Shown: positions 50,607 through 59,690, counted from the stretch's first letter. The stretch: DNA of 64,000 bases from Promethearchaeota archaeon (GCA_048938855.1 JBHLLT010000001.1:384124-448123); one strand, 5' to 3'. Made by a program: numbers and translations. The notes: generated by a model from the letters alone, not told the origin.

Positions 50607-50734
50607 GGCGTTAAAAGATAAATTAAATTTATAAAAATATAAGTTTATTATTTAAAAATAAAAGCTGTATTTTATAGGTTATGAACATTTAAAAATAATT
50701 TAATGTTGAGAAGCAAAAAGCCTTATAACATTTC

Positions 50735-51805
50735 TTAAGATTTAATGATATTAGAAAAAGCTTTCAATTTCAATATTCCTTCTGATAAAATTTCGACATA
50801 GGAAGGCTGCACATGTTGCCAAGCACCATCATTTATTATTTCTACTCTTCGATTATTAATATTTCCATAAGCAATTCCACTGTGGTGAGAATGACCATAT
50901 ATTAGATGATTAATATTTGAAAAATCATAATTATTTTCTTCTAAAAATGCCTTGATTTCATCAAAATAATAATCTGGTTTACTTGCATGATGCCATCGCT
51001 TCATTACACGCATGTTCGCTTTAATTAAATTAAATTCAATATTACTCATTGTTGCAAATAAGTTATTGACAAATTCAAATGATTTATTTTTTAACTTAGC
51101 TAATTCAAATTTCATCAATTCATAAGTAATGGGTTTAATTTTTCTTCCATTCTTTATTATATAATTCCAAAAATAATCATAAGTCTCCTTTACTCCAAAA
51201 TTCTCATTGATAATTAGTGATTTCCATATTTGCCCTATAAAGAATCTATATACTTCACTATCAAACTGATACCCATGCGTCATAAGACATTCATAATCGT
51301 TATCTAAATCAAATCCCTTAATTTTTACTTGGTTAAGAGGATTAGCTCCAATTTCCTTTCTCTCATCGTACAATAAAAGTGTGTCCTCATTATTCCATTT
51401 TTTTAAGACTAGATATTGACTACACCATTCTTTATCAAAAATTTCGTTGTAATCAGTATTGTCAAACCTTTTTAAAAATCTTTCTTTTCGACGAAAAAAT
51501 TTCTCATCGTAATCTCCAGTAACAGGGATTTCATGATTTCCAAGTACTAAAATGAGATTAAATTTCTTTTTAATTTCTAATAATGTATTTAAAATTTCTT
51601 GGACTTTTTCTCTTTTTAATAGAGTTTCTATAACATCGGTACATAAATCAATAAAATCCCCTAAAATTATTAGCGCTTGAACCTTACTTCCATACTCTCC
51701 ATTCACAATACCGTTTAAAAATTGTAAAAATAACTCCCTTTCACAATCCAAAGAACCTAGATGAATGTCGGATACTACTAAGAGTTTAGAATTAATTTCT
51801 ATCAT
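50735..51805 (-). CDS. Calcineurin-like metallophosphoesterase (LpxH-like)
   Basis: SDIHLG, LGDFID, GNHE, THG, GHSH, NDGAW. Confidence 0.88.
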   Translation of the reverse strand: MIEINSKLLVVSDIHLGSLDCERELFLQFLNGIVNGEYGSKVQALIILGDFIDLCTDVIETLLKREKVQEILNTLLEIKKKFNLILVLGNHEIPVTGDYDEKFFRRKERFLKRFDNTDYNEIFDKEWCSQYLVLKKWNNEDTLLLYDERKEIGANPLNQVKIKGFDLDNDYECLMTHGYQFDSEVYRFFIGQIWKSLIINENFGVKETYDYFWNYIIKNGRKIKPITYELMKFELAKLKNKSFEFVNNLFATMSNIEFNLIKANMRVMKRWHHASKPDYYFDEIKAFLEENNYDFSNINHLIYGHSHHSGIAYGNINNRRVEIINDGAWQHVQPSYVEILSEGILKLKAFSNIIKS

Positions 51806-51860
51806 TTCTAAAAATGTAAAATTAATATTTTATATTTATATTTGGTTAAAATAAAATATA

Positions 51861-52538
51861 ATGCAAGTAATAAGTAAATTCGCTACAATTTTAATAAAGT
51901 ATATAATGAATATAGAAAATAAAATGAAACACTTAGACCAGTTAAAAAAAAAGGGAGTGAATGAAATGAGGGAAATTTTAGAAGATTTTACAAGTCCTGA
52001 CAAAATATTTCACCTCTCTATTGTAATGAGTGAAGATATTGAAATTGAGCTATTCAGAAAATGGGTTTCTTCTTTTGGGGAAAGTTACATCAAATCTGTA
52101 GGCGTTGAGCCTTATAGTAAAAATGTAGAAATTGATGGAAAAAACATAAAGTTAGTATTGCGATTATGTTCTTTAGAAGCAAGATTTTTTAGTATTGTTG
52201 AAGGTGTTATGAGAAATTTGCCATTAATTTTACTCTATAATGTCAGCAATAACAAAACTTTAAACAAATTACTTGAGAATCAATTTATCAAAAATCTAAA
52301 ACAAGATGTACCAATTTTATTAGTAGGAAATAAATCAACTTTAGAACAAAATAGAGAGGTTTCAAAAGAACAAATAGAAATGCTAAAAGAACAGTACAAT
52401 ATTTTAGCTTCTATGGAGATATCTTTAAACACAGGAGAAAATGTAGAAGAAATGTTTAGGACAACAGCAAAAATTCTATTGAAAGAATGTGAGGAAAGAA
52501 AGAAAAAAAAGAAAGGAAGAAAGAAAAGAAAGAAATAA
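51861..52538 (+). CDS. Degenerate Ras-like pseudo-GTPase with a polybasic C-terminus (likely start ATG at 51966)
   Basis: SVGVE..SK.VEIDGK.IKL, PILLVGNKS, REVS and EIS..TGENVEEMF are retained; there is no GxxxxGKS/T or DxxG. Confidence 0.75.
   Translation: MQVISKFATILIKYIMNIENKMKHLDQLKKKGVNEMREILEDFTSPDKIFHLSIVMSEDIEIELFRKWVSSFGESYIKSVGVEPYSKNVEIDGKNIKLVLRLCSLEARFFSIVEGVMRNLPLILLYNVSNNKTLNKLLENQFIKNLKQDVPILLVGNKSTLEQNREVSKEQIEMLKEQYNILASMEISLNTGENVEEMFRTTAKILLKECEERKKKKKGRKKRKK
51866..51895 (+). repeat. 30-bp direct repeat, copy 1
   Basis: AGTAATAAGTAAATTCGCTACAATTTTAAT. Confidence 0.85.
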
Positions 52539-52599
52539 ATAGAATTTATAAAAAAATATCTTGTTTTGAATCCTTCTCCTCCCTAATTGAATTTTTTAT

Positions 52600-52629
52600 A
52601 GTAATAAGTAAATTCGCTATAATTTTAAT
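52600..52629 (+). repeat. 30-bp direct repeat, copy 2 (29/30 identical to copy 1)
   Basis: AGTAATAAGTAAATTCGCTATAATTTTAAT. Confidence 0.85.
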
Positions 52630-53018
52630 TAGTACAAAAAAGGATAAACTGATGTGTCAGAATTATTAAAATGTAAAAATTTGACATAAATTAATGCCCA
52701 TTTTTTTATCTCATATAATATATATAATGGTTGGGAGAAAATGTTCCACCAGAATATATTCATTCATCTAGTGTTAAAATTTGAATTTTTTATCTGAAAT
52801 CAAAAATTGATCCTTTTATAGTAATAGATTTTAATAGTAAATAATTACTCAATTTTTTTCGTCAATTTTTTTTGTCGACTACATTTGAGTGATCACATAC
52901 ATCGGATTAACATTGATCAACCAACACATTTAAATATAAGAAATACTAATTAAAATTTAAATACTCTTTAAAAAAAAGGTTAAAAAAATAATTATTAATA
53001 AAGTGGAGGAAAAATAAA

Positions 53019-53225
53019 ATGGCTGCATTTGCATGGAGTCCACTACGGGCTCTAATGAAAAAAGCTGGAGCGGAAATTGTAAGTCGAGCCGCAGTTGATA
53101 AATTAATGGATTATTTAGAAGAATATGCTAAGAGTTTAACTGGTTGTGCGCTTGATATTGCTAAACACTCCGGTAGAAAGAAAGTTACCGCTGCAGATAT
53201 GAAAATCGCTATTGGGTTAATTTAA
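53019..53225 (+). CDS. Archaeal histone (HMf family), tail-less
   Basis: P.RALMKKAGAE.VS..A...L...LEE......A...AKHSGRKKV...D. GGAGG ribosome-binding site upstream. Confidence 0.95.
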   Translation: MAAFAWSPLRALMKKAGAEIVSRAAVDKLMDYLEEYAKSLTGCALDIAKHSGRKKVTAADMKIAIGLI

Positions 53226-53368
53226 AACCAAAATTAAGGTTTAAATTTATGCGATTTTATTATTTTCAGCTCTTATTTTTTTTTTATTTTTAAATTTGTT
53301 CAAAACAGCTTCTATTGAGTTTAGATTGGATTTTGTTTCCCTTCTTCTTCTTTGTTCATAATTAAAGA

Positions 53369-53635
53369 CTATTTTTCTGCTGTATAGTCTTTTAAAAAGA
53401 TTTTTCCATTATTACTTTCAAGAATGGACAAAGTTCCATTTTTATCTTTTCCTTCCAACACCAGTATCTCATCTTCAGCTTCTATTAGAATTCTCTTTAA
53501 TGTTCCACAACCATATTCTTTTACAAATTTCTCAGAGATATGTAGAACTGCTGCACTTATTGCAGCTATTAGTTTATCACCTTTATCTTCTGAATCAAGG
53601 GGGAGGCCTTCTTTAGTAAAATTAAAAGATTTCAT
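53369..53635 (-). CDS. Roadblock/LAMTOR2-like domain protein (short)
   Basis: T.EGLPL.S, IAAISAAVL..SE....E...G.LKRILIE.E. Confidence 0.65.
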   Translation of the reverse strand: MKSFNFTKEGLPLDSEDKGDKLIAAISAAVLHISEKFVKEYGCGTLKRILIEAEDEILVLEGKDKNGTLSILESNNGKIFLKDYTAEK

Positions 53636-53874
53636 AAATTACTCAAATAGTAATTATTTTTTTTACATATTTATCCTTTTTCTTTAGAATCGGGACTTTT
53701 GAAGAAAAAGTGATTTTTATATTTGTAAAGGCATATACATTTATGTATAGATTTAGAGATATCACATTCAGTAAAGATGATAAATATAAGAAATAAATTT
53801 TCTACTTCTTCTATTTTATTACAAAATCATCCTACTTAATTGATTTAAATATGGTTTGAAGTGTAATTTTAAAT

Positions 53875-54057
53875 ATGTTGTCAAATATCAAATGTGATAT
53901 ATGTGGAGACTTTTTGAATGCCAATTTTATAAATCGTGAGGGTTGCTCAGAGTGTACACAACACTATTGTTCTAAGTGTGGTTATCAATATGAAACAGGA
54001 TTTAGATATAATTTATTAATCAAACAATTTATTAGATATGTAAGATTCAACCCTTAA
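53875..54057 (+). CDS. Small Cys-rich zinc-ribbon protein
   Basis: CDIC, CSEC and CSKCGY in 60 aa. Confidence 0.45.
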   Translation: MLSNIKCDICGDFLNANFINREGCSECTQHYCSKCGYQYETGFRYNLLIKQFIRYVRFNP

Positions 54058-54088
54058 GTTACTAGTTATTATTTAAAAAAAATAAGGA

Positions 54089-54178
54089 CAATTATAATCC
54101 CAAAAAACCTTTGCTCGGTTGTCCTTAAACGTCTCCTTTTTATACGCTTAATTCATTCTTTATTGGGATTTACAATTA
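54089..54178 (-). promoter_or_regulatory. Eukaryote-type SECIS element
   Basis: AUGA-A-UUAAGCGU-AU-AAAAA-GGAG-ACGUUUAA-G-GA-C, closed by a lower helix UAAUUGUAAAUCCCAA/UUGGGAUUAUAAUUG. Lies at the 3' end of a gene with an in-frame UGA. Confidence 0.75.
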
Positions 54179-54692
54179 ATTTATCAATAACATCAGTCAT
54201 CATTTCAATTGAAGGTCTATCTGTTTTATCATTTCCAATATATTTCCAAACGATCTTCTCATCTTTATTAATTAGAAATTTGCTTGGAACCGCTTGTTTA
54301 ATTTTATAATCTTTTCCTCCTCCAGGTGCGTACCAATAAACATCGTATAATTTTGCTATTTTAGCACCTCTATCAGAAATCATATCAACATGAAAATTGT
54401 TTTCTTCTTTAAATTTACTCAAAAGTCTTACACTGTCGCTTGCAATAGATATTAATTTAATATTTCTTTTTTCAAATTCAGAGATTTTCTCTGTTAACAA
54501 CGCTAAATGTTTTTTACAGTGACTTCACCAATTTCCTCGGAAAAAGTCGATCATAACTCCATCATATGTTTTTAGAAGATCAGTTAGATTTATAGAATTC
54601 TCATAAATATCTTTTGTATCAATTAATGGTGCTGTTGTATTTAGATCCAAACCTTCAGGTCTTGGAGGTTCTTCTGGGTTAGCATTTATCAT
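54153..54692 (-). CDS. Peroxiredoxin-like (AhpC/TSA) selenoprotein, 179 aa, Sec at codon 56 (UxxC)
   Basis: ATG at 54692 ...DFFRGNW-TGA(54525-54527)-SHCKKHL, in frame with track ORF 54153..54500 (SD....A..Y.V, P..FLI....I.W.Y, DRP). Confidence 0.9.
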
Positions 54693-54797
54693 TTGAATAG
54701 CCTTTTTTTAGTGTAAATTAATGAATTTAGCATTTTAAACATATGTCTATTGATAAATAAATAGTTATTTTAAAGTAAGAAGATTTGGTAGAATTTC

Positions 54798-55334
54798 TTA
54801 CTCACTTGAAAACCTATCGAAGAGAATTTCTGTCATTACATTAAAAGTTTTTTCAACATTAGCCCCGGTTTTGGATGAAAGTTCCAAAAAGGATGCTAGA
54901 TTATACTTTTTTGTTGCTAATATCCCTTCCTCTCTGGGGATTACCCTAAATTCATCAAGATCTGCTTTTGAGCCAATTAACATAATCGGAATATCACCTG
55001 TGTGTTCTCTAATCACTTGGGTCCAATCAGGAAGATGATTTAATGATGATTGATTAGTGATGTCATATAAAAAAAGAGCACCATTAGCTCCTTTACAATA
55101 CTGGGAGAGTAAGAATCGAAATCTTTCTTCTCCTCCAAAATCCCATATTTGTAGCTTTACTTTTTTATTATTAAAGGTTGTTGTTTTGGAATAGAAATCT
55201 ACTCCAATTGTTAACTTTAAATCTTCTTGAAAAAACCCCGAAATATATCTTATTGTGAGTGATGTTTTACCCACAGAAGCATCACCTAACATTAGAATTT
55301 TAAACGTATAATCGTATAGTGTCAATTTAATCAA
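54798..55334 (-). CDS. Rab-like small GTPase
   Basis: GDASVGKT, TIGVDF, WDFGGEERF, GSKAD, LSSKTG. Confidence 0.93.
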   Translation of the reverse strand: MIKLTLYDYTFKILMLGDASVGKTSLTIRYISGFFQEDLKLTIGVDFYSKTTTFNNKKVKLQIWDFGGEERFRFLLSQYCKGANGALFLYDITNQSSLNHLPDWTQVIREHTGDIPIMLIGSKADLDEFRVIPREEGILATKKYNLASFLELSSKTGANVEKTFNVMTEILFDRFSSE

Positions 55335-55489
55335 TAAATTTATATTTTTAGGTCATAAATTCAATAGGAATTTTGATTGGTTAAAGTCCAGTATAAGGGA
55401 GATTAAATTTTGATTTATAATATAAATATACCTAATAGTAATTAATTTTTATTTAATTTAAAAATAATAATTTCATCATAAAGCAGAAT

Positions 55490-56131
55490 TTATATAACCA
55501 TTACTAAGATATTAAAAAGTGAATGAGCAATAGAATTGGGAATTATTGAATAATTAAAGTATATATAAATTGAAGATAGTAAAAGTCCAAAAGTAAAGTA
55601 ATACCCAAAAAAAGTTATAATTGTTGAGAACGGGACTAAAAAAGGTGGAACATGATATAAAGCAAAAATGATTGAGGAAATAAGAATTGAGTATATTGAT
55701 TTCAATTTTAGATTAAACTTTTTAATAAGAAATCCCCTAAAAAAAGCTTCTTCACATGGCCCTGTTATAATGATTTGTAAAATAATTAGGATAGACATTT
55801 GAATTACATCAGGTTGAACAGGTGTAGTATCTATGATTCCCTCTTGAGCAGATTCAACAAATTCACTACCAAGTAAATTCCTAATAATAAAATCTCGAAA
55901 AAAAAGGATAAGATAACCACTTAAGAAAAAGAAGATTATACCGAAACATAGCCCAGATATGATTTTTCTAACCAATCTGTCATTCATTTGAAAACCCATC
56001 TCATTAATTTCAGTCATAAATGATTTCTTCTTCAAATTACTCAAAAATAAAGCTGGTAAAATAACAAAAAGAAGTTCAAAAAATATTAATCCAATTAAAA
56101 TCCATGGATTTTCTCCTAATTGTACAGTCAT
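55490..56131 (-). CDS. CPBP/Abi (Rce1-like) intramembrane glutamic protease
   Basis: EEAFFRG, FALYH, H...N motifs. Confidence 0.9.
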   Translation of the reverse strand: MTVQLGENPWILIGLIFFELLFVILPALFLSNLKKKSFMTEINEMGFQMNDRLVRKIISGLCFGIIFFFLSGYLILFFRDFIIRNLLGSEFVESAQEGIIDTTPVQPDVIQMSILIILQIIITGPCEEAFFRGFLIKKFNLKLKSIYSILISSIIFALYHVPPFLVPFSTIITFFGYYFTFGLLLSSIYIYFNYSIIPNSIAHSLFNILVMVI

Positions 56132-56224
56132 TTTATAATATTATGCTTTCCTTTCTCTGTGTTAAAAATCAAAAAATTATAGATCTCATTATTATTAATA
56201 TTAATAAGATTATTTGAACTTTTA

Positions 56225-57502
56225 ATGACAATTCGGGATAAATTCATCAATCCTGATGATAGGAATTTAAAAAATGCAATAAATAGTAATAAAATAGAGA
56301 AAAATGGTCTAACAAAAGAGCAAATTCTCTATGAGCACCTTAAAATTATTGCAAGGGAATATCTAGCGCTTGAAAAAATAAAGAATTCCTTTATAAAAGT
56401 CCTTCTTAAAAATGTGGATGATTTAGATTTTTCTCAATTTATTAATTATCCCAAATTTTATATTAAGGAAGACTCTTTGATAAAAGCGGTTCAATCTGCA
56501 AATATAAGAGGATTGAATGTAGTAAGTGTTGATGGAAGTTCTGTAACTAAGAAATATGTTAATGTAGATTTTTCATTTCTAAAAGCGATTGCAGTTAACT
56601 ATTATTTTAAAGAAAATCATGTTGCACATATTGCTTATTATCCTGATCTTAGTGGTTTTAATAATTATTTAGTGCAAGGCAATTTATTTAATCGAGATGA
56701 GACTCTGGTTGATACAAATATATCTATTGATATGACCTTTATGGAAATCAACCTCTTAAATAATATGATCGAGAGGATTTCTAATATTGATATGATAATA
56801 ATAGATGGATCGATTGTCATTATGCCTATAAATTTAGTATTTTCTAAGGACATTGAAACCTCAAAGAAGTATGACAGATTATTGAAAGAATATCATAAGT
56901 TATATTTGAATTGTAAGGAAAAGGGAATATTGTTAATTGGTTCGATCAAGGATACTAGAACTTCTGCTTTATGCCATTTATTAAGAGATTCTATTCAATT
57001 ATTAAAGCCAAACTATACAAGATTAACTGATTTTATTAAAGCTGATTATCGAAAAGTCATGGAATATTTTTCAGACATAGATTTATTCAATAGATTGATG
57101 AAAAAATCTGAGAGAACATGTATCTTCAATTGTAAAAGAGAAATTGATAAAATTAGAGATACTGGAATTAAAAAGGAAATACCTTATTACTTTCCTCTTT
57201 CATTTTATGCATTCTATCTAAAAACTGTCAAATATGATACTCCTTGCAGAATAGAATTTTTTATGGATGAGAAGCACTCATTTAAAAAGGCTTCGGAAAA
57301 AGCAGATTTAATTACTTCTATTTTATTGCCAATTTCAAGTCTAAATGAGAATTACGGTCTACCAATCCCTCAAATTGAAGCCCATAGAAGGGCTGTTTTT
57401 AAACCAACAGAAGTAGATATATTACTCAATAATTTGACAAGGACTCTTAATACACATGGTATATCTCTTTTAGAAAAAAGAAGAAATAGAAGACCATTTT
57501 AG
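56225..57502 (+). CDS. nurA: NurA-family nuclease
   Basis: SVDGS, MEI, IIDGS, IGSIKD, YGLPIPQIEAHRRA. Confidence 0.82.
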   Translation: MTIRDKFINPDDRNLKNAINSNKIEKNGLTKEQILYEHLKIIAREYLALEKIKNSFIKVLLKNVDDLDFSQFINYPKFYIKEDSLIKAVQSANIRGLNVVSVDGSSVTKKYVNVDFSFLKAIAVNYYFKENHVAHIAYYPDLSGFNNYLVQGNLFNRDETLVDTNISIDMTFMEINLLNNMIERISNIDMIIIDGSIVIMPINLVFSKDIETSKKYDRLLKEYHKLYLNCKEKGILLIGSIKDTRTSALCHLLRDSIQLLKPNYTRLTDFIKADYRKVMEYFSDIDLFNRLMKKSERTCIFNCKREIDKIRDTGIKKEIPYYFPLSFYAFYLKTVKYDTPCRIEFFMDEKHSFKKASEKADLITSILLPISSLNENYGLPIPQIEAHRRAVFKPTEVDILLNNLTRTLNTHGISLLEKRRNRRPF

Positions 57503-58182
57503 TGTTGAGTGTATATGAGTCTATTTAAATGAAGATCTTCAAAGAAGATGTGTATTTTGTAAACAATTTCATTCACATAACCTAGTTTATTAATTTCCTT
57601 ATTAAATGCTTTTAAATTAGTCCTACTAGATGTAGTGCAATAAATATAATGATCATGTTTTAAATTTAAAAATGGAACTACACTTTTTAGAAAATCTATT
57701 AAAATTTCATATCCTTTATTCCCGCCATCCCAACTATAATCAATAACTTCTTTCTCTTCTTTTTTTATCAACTGAGAGGAGGGTAAATAAGGTGGATTGA
57801 AAACAATAATATTAAATGATGCTTTTAATTGATTTGGAAAAGATTTAAACAAGTTTGATTTTATAAAAAATATTTCATCATCAATTCCATTTTCAATTTG
57901 GTTTAATTCTGAACATTTTATTGCTTCTTCTAAGATATCAGAAGCATAAATTTTTGGATTAAAATCTTGGAATTTATTTTTAATTAATTGAAAGAAAATA
58001 GCAATTATTCCAGTCCCAGTACCTAAATCAAGAATGTTTCTTATTTCACTTAATTTTATCCCATCAAAAGATGTAGAATTAATATGAGATTTGAAATAAT
58101 CTAATAACATATATGTATCATCAGAAGGAGTATAAACATTTTTATAATCACAGTTAATAATTGGATCTGGAAATGCTGACAT
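57499..58182 (-). CDS. HemK2/Mtq2-like release-factor glutamine methyltransferase
   Basis: VY.PSDDTY.L, DLGTGTG, FNPPYLP, WDGG..G. Confidence 0.9.
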   Translation of the reverse strand: MSAFPDPIINCDYKNVYTPSDDTYMLLDYFKSHINSTSFDGIKLSEIRNILDLGTGTGIIAIFFQLIKNKFQDFNPKIYASDILEEAIKCSELNQIENGIDDEIFFIKSNLFKSFPNQLKASFNIIVFNPPYLPSSQLIKKEEKEVIDYSWDGGNKGYEILIDFLKSVVPFLNLKHDHYIYCTTSSRTNLKAFNKEINKLGYVNEIVYKIHIFFEDLHLNRLIYTQH

Positions 58183-58200
58183 ACTTTAATCCTATTTTAA

Positions 58201-59052
58201 TTAGCTTTTTGAATAAAAAAGTTTACAAATTTCAATATAGTCATCAATTTCAAAAGTAAATACCTTTCTATTTTCAAAACTATTCTTATGCAAAATCAAG
58301 AGAATATCATCTTTTGAATATTGAATATTTGTGTGATTTTTAAAAAATAACTCAATTGCATTTGCGATATTTCTATTCTTATAGGGCATTATTCCTGATA
58401 AAAATTTCAAAAAAAATTTAATTGCTTCATTCTCCAAGAAGAAGGCATTAGGTTCTTCTATAGGAATAAGTTTAATAAGTGATATGTCAATTTTTGGAAT
58501 AGGCCAAAAGCTTTTTCTTGGTACAGGTGATTTCAGAACAGGTTTCATGAAAGCATTCACATTAATACTAATTCGAGAGAATTTTTTATAAATTGAAGTT
58601 AAAAATATGCGATCTGCTATACTTTTTTCAATAGTTAATACTCCTATAGGGGGATTTAATCTAAAAAATATCTTTTCTAATATAAGCCCTGTAATAGTAT
58701 AAGGAATATTAGAAATTACTTTATCATGTTTTGGGAGATCAATTTTAAGAATATCACCATGAATAATTTCTATATTATCATATATAGAGAATTCATTGTC
58801 TAGATATGCATATAATCGGTGATCAATTTCAACAGCATATAATTTTTTTACTAATTTTATTAATTCTTGAGTTAAGCTTCCTAATCCGGGCCCAATTTCT
58901 AAAACAACATCATTCTGAGATGGTTTAGAGAGATTGATGATTTTCTTTGTAATATTTTTATCAATTATAAAATTCTGACCTAGATATTTGTTAGGTTCTA
59001 TTTTCAGTTGTTTTAAAATCAGTTGAGGTTCTTTAATTTTCATTTGATTCAT
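58201..59052 (-). CDS. rsmA: 16S rRNA dimethyladenosine transferase KsgA/Dim1
   Basis: LGQNF, LEIGPGLG.LT, EID, SNIPY, F.P.PK.D. Confidence 0.93.
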   Translation of the reverse strand: MNQMKIKEPQLILKQLKIEPNKYLGQNFIIDKNITKKIINLSKPSQNDVVLEIGPGLGSLTQELIKLVKKLYAVEIDHRLYAYLDNEFSIYDNIEIIHGDILKIDLPKHDKVISNIPYTITGLILEKIFFRLNPPIGVLTIEKSIADRIFLTSIYKKFSRISINVNAFMKPVLKSPVPRKSFWPIPKIDISLIKLIPIEEPNAFFLENEAIKFFLKFLSGIMPYKNRNIANAIELFFKNHTNIQYSKDDILLILHKNSFENRKVFTFEIDDYIEICKLFYSKS

Positions 59053-59690
59053 TCATACTTTTGAGTCTTGCTAAAGAGGTAATATTTTACATCTCTTTGA
59101 AGTTCTTTAATAATTCTCTGTGCAATCAATTTAGCAGGATGAGAAATACTTGTTCTATCCGCAATATCTTGAAATGTTACAAATTTTTGTCTTTCTCTAG
59201 CATCAAGGATTTCCCACATATGCTTCTGACCAACACCGGGTAACAATTTTAAAGCGTGCATTCTAGGAGTAATTGAAGTAGAGTTATTAAAGAATTTGAT
59301 GAATTCCTCCTCATATTTTAATACTTCTTTTTCAAGAATTGGCAAAATTAATGCTTTAGAAGTACTAGTTAATTCATTATAGTCTATTTTCTTTAAAACT
59401 TCTTTTAACTTTTCTTCATTTAAAAATTCTTCATAGGTTTTATGTTCTTGAACTGCAATATCAGAATTTTTATTAAATTTAACCTCATAAAGGACAAAAT
59501 CTGGAAAAGTAAGAACTTGAGCTATTGGAGTTTTGGCCCAACTAGGTTTATCATCTTCGGGATGGCCATGTAATAATAGATCTAGGATTATAATTTCCCG
59601 AAATTTCTTTATGAATTGTTTCTTCTTCTTCGGCCCTCCACGATAATCTCTTCTGCGTGGAAGGTCTCTGTAACGCTCTCTTCTTTCCAT
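59049..59690 (-). CDS. DUF655 family putative RNA-binding protein
   Basis: FFN....ITPRMH.L.LLPGVG.K, F..F.DI..R, KYYLF. Conserved rpoF-DUF655-ksgA order. Confidence 0.88.
   Translation of the reverse strand: MERRERYRDLPRRRDYRGGPKKKKQFIKKFREIIILDLLLHGHPEDDKPSWAKTPIAQVLTFPDFVLYEVKFNKNSDIAVQEHKTYEEFLNEEKLKEVLKKIDYNELTSTSKALILPILEKEVLKYEEEFIKFFNNSTSITPRMHALKLLPGVGQKHMWEILDARERQKFVTFQDIADRTSISHPAKLIAQRIIKELQRDVKYYLFSKTQKYE

Noticed and set aside
54798-56131. Rce1-like protease next to a Rab-like GTPase as a prenylation/CAAX-processing system
   Set aside because: None of the GTPases in the window ends in CAAX, CC or CxC, and CPBP proteases are widespread in prokaryotes.
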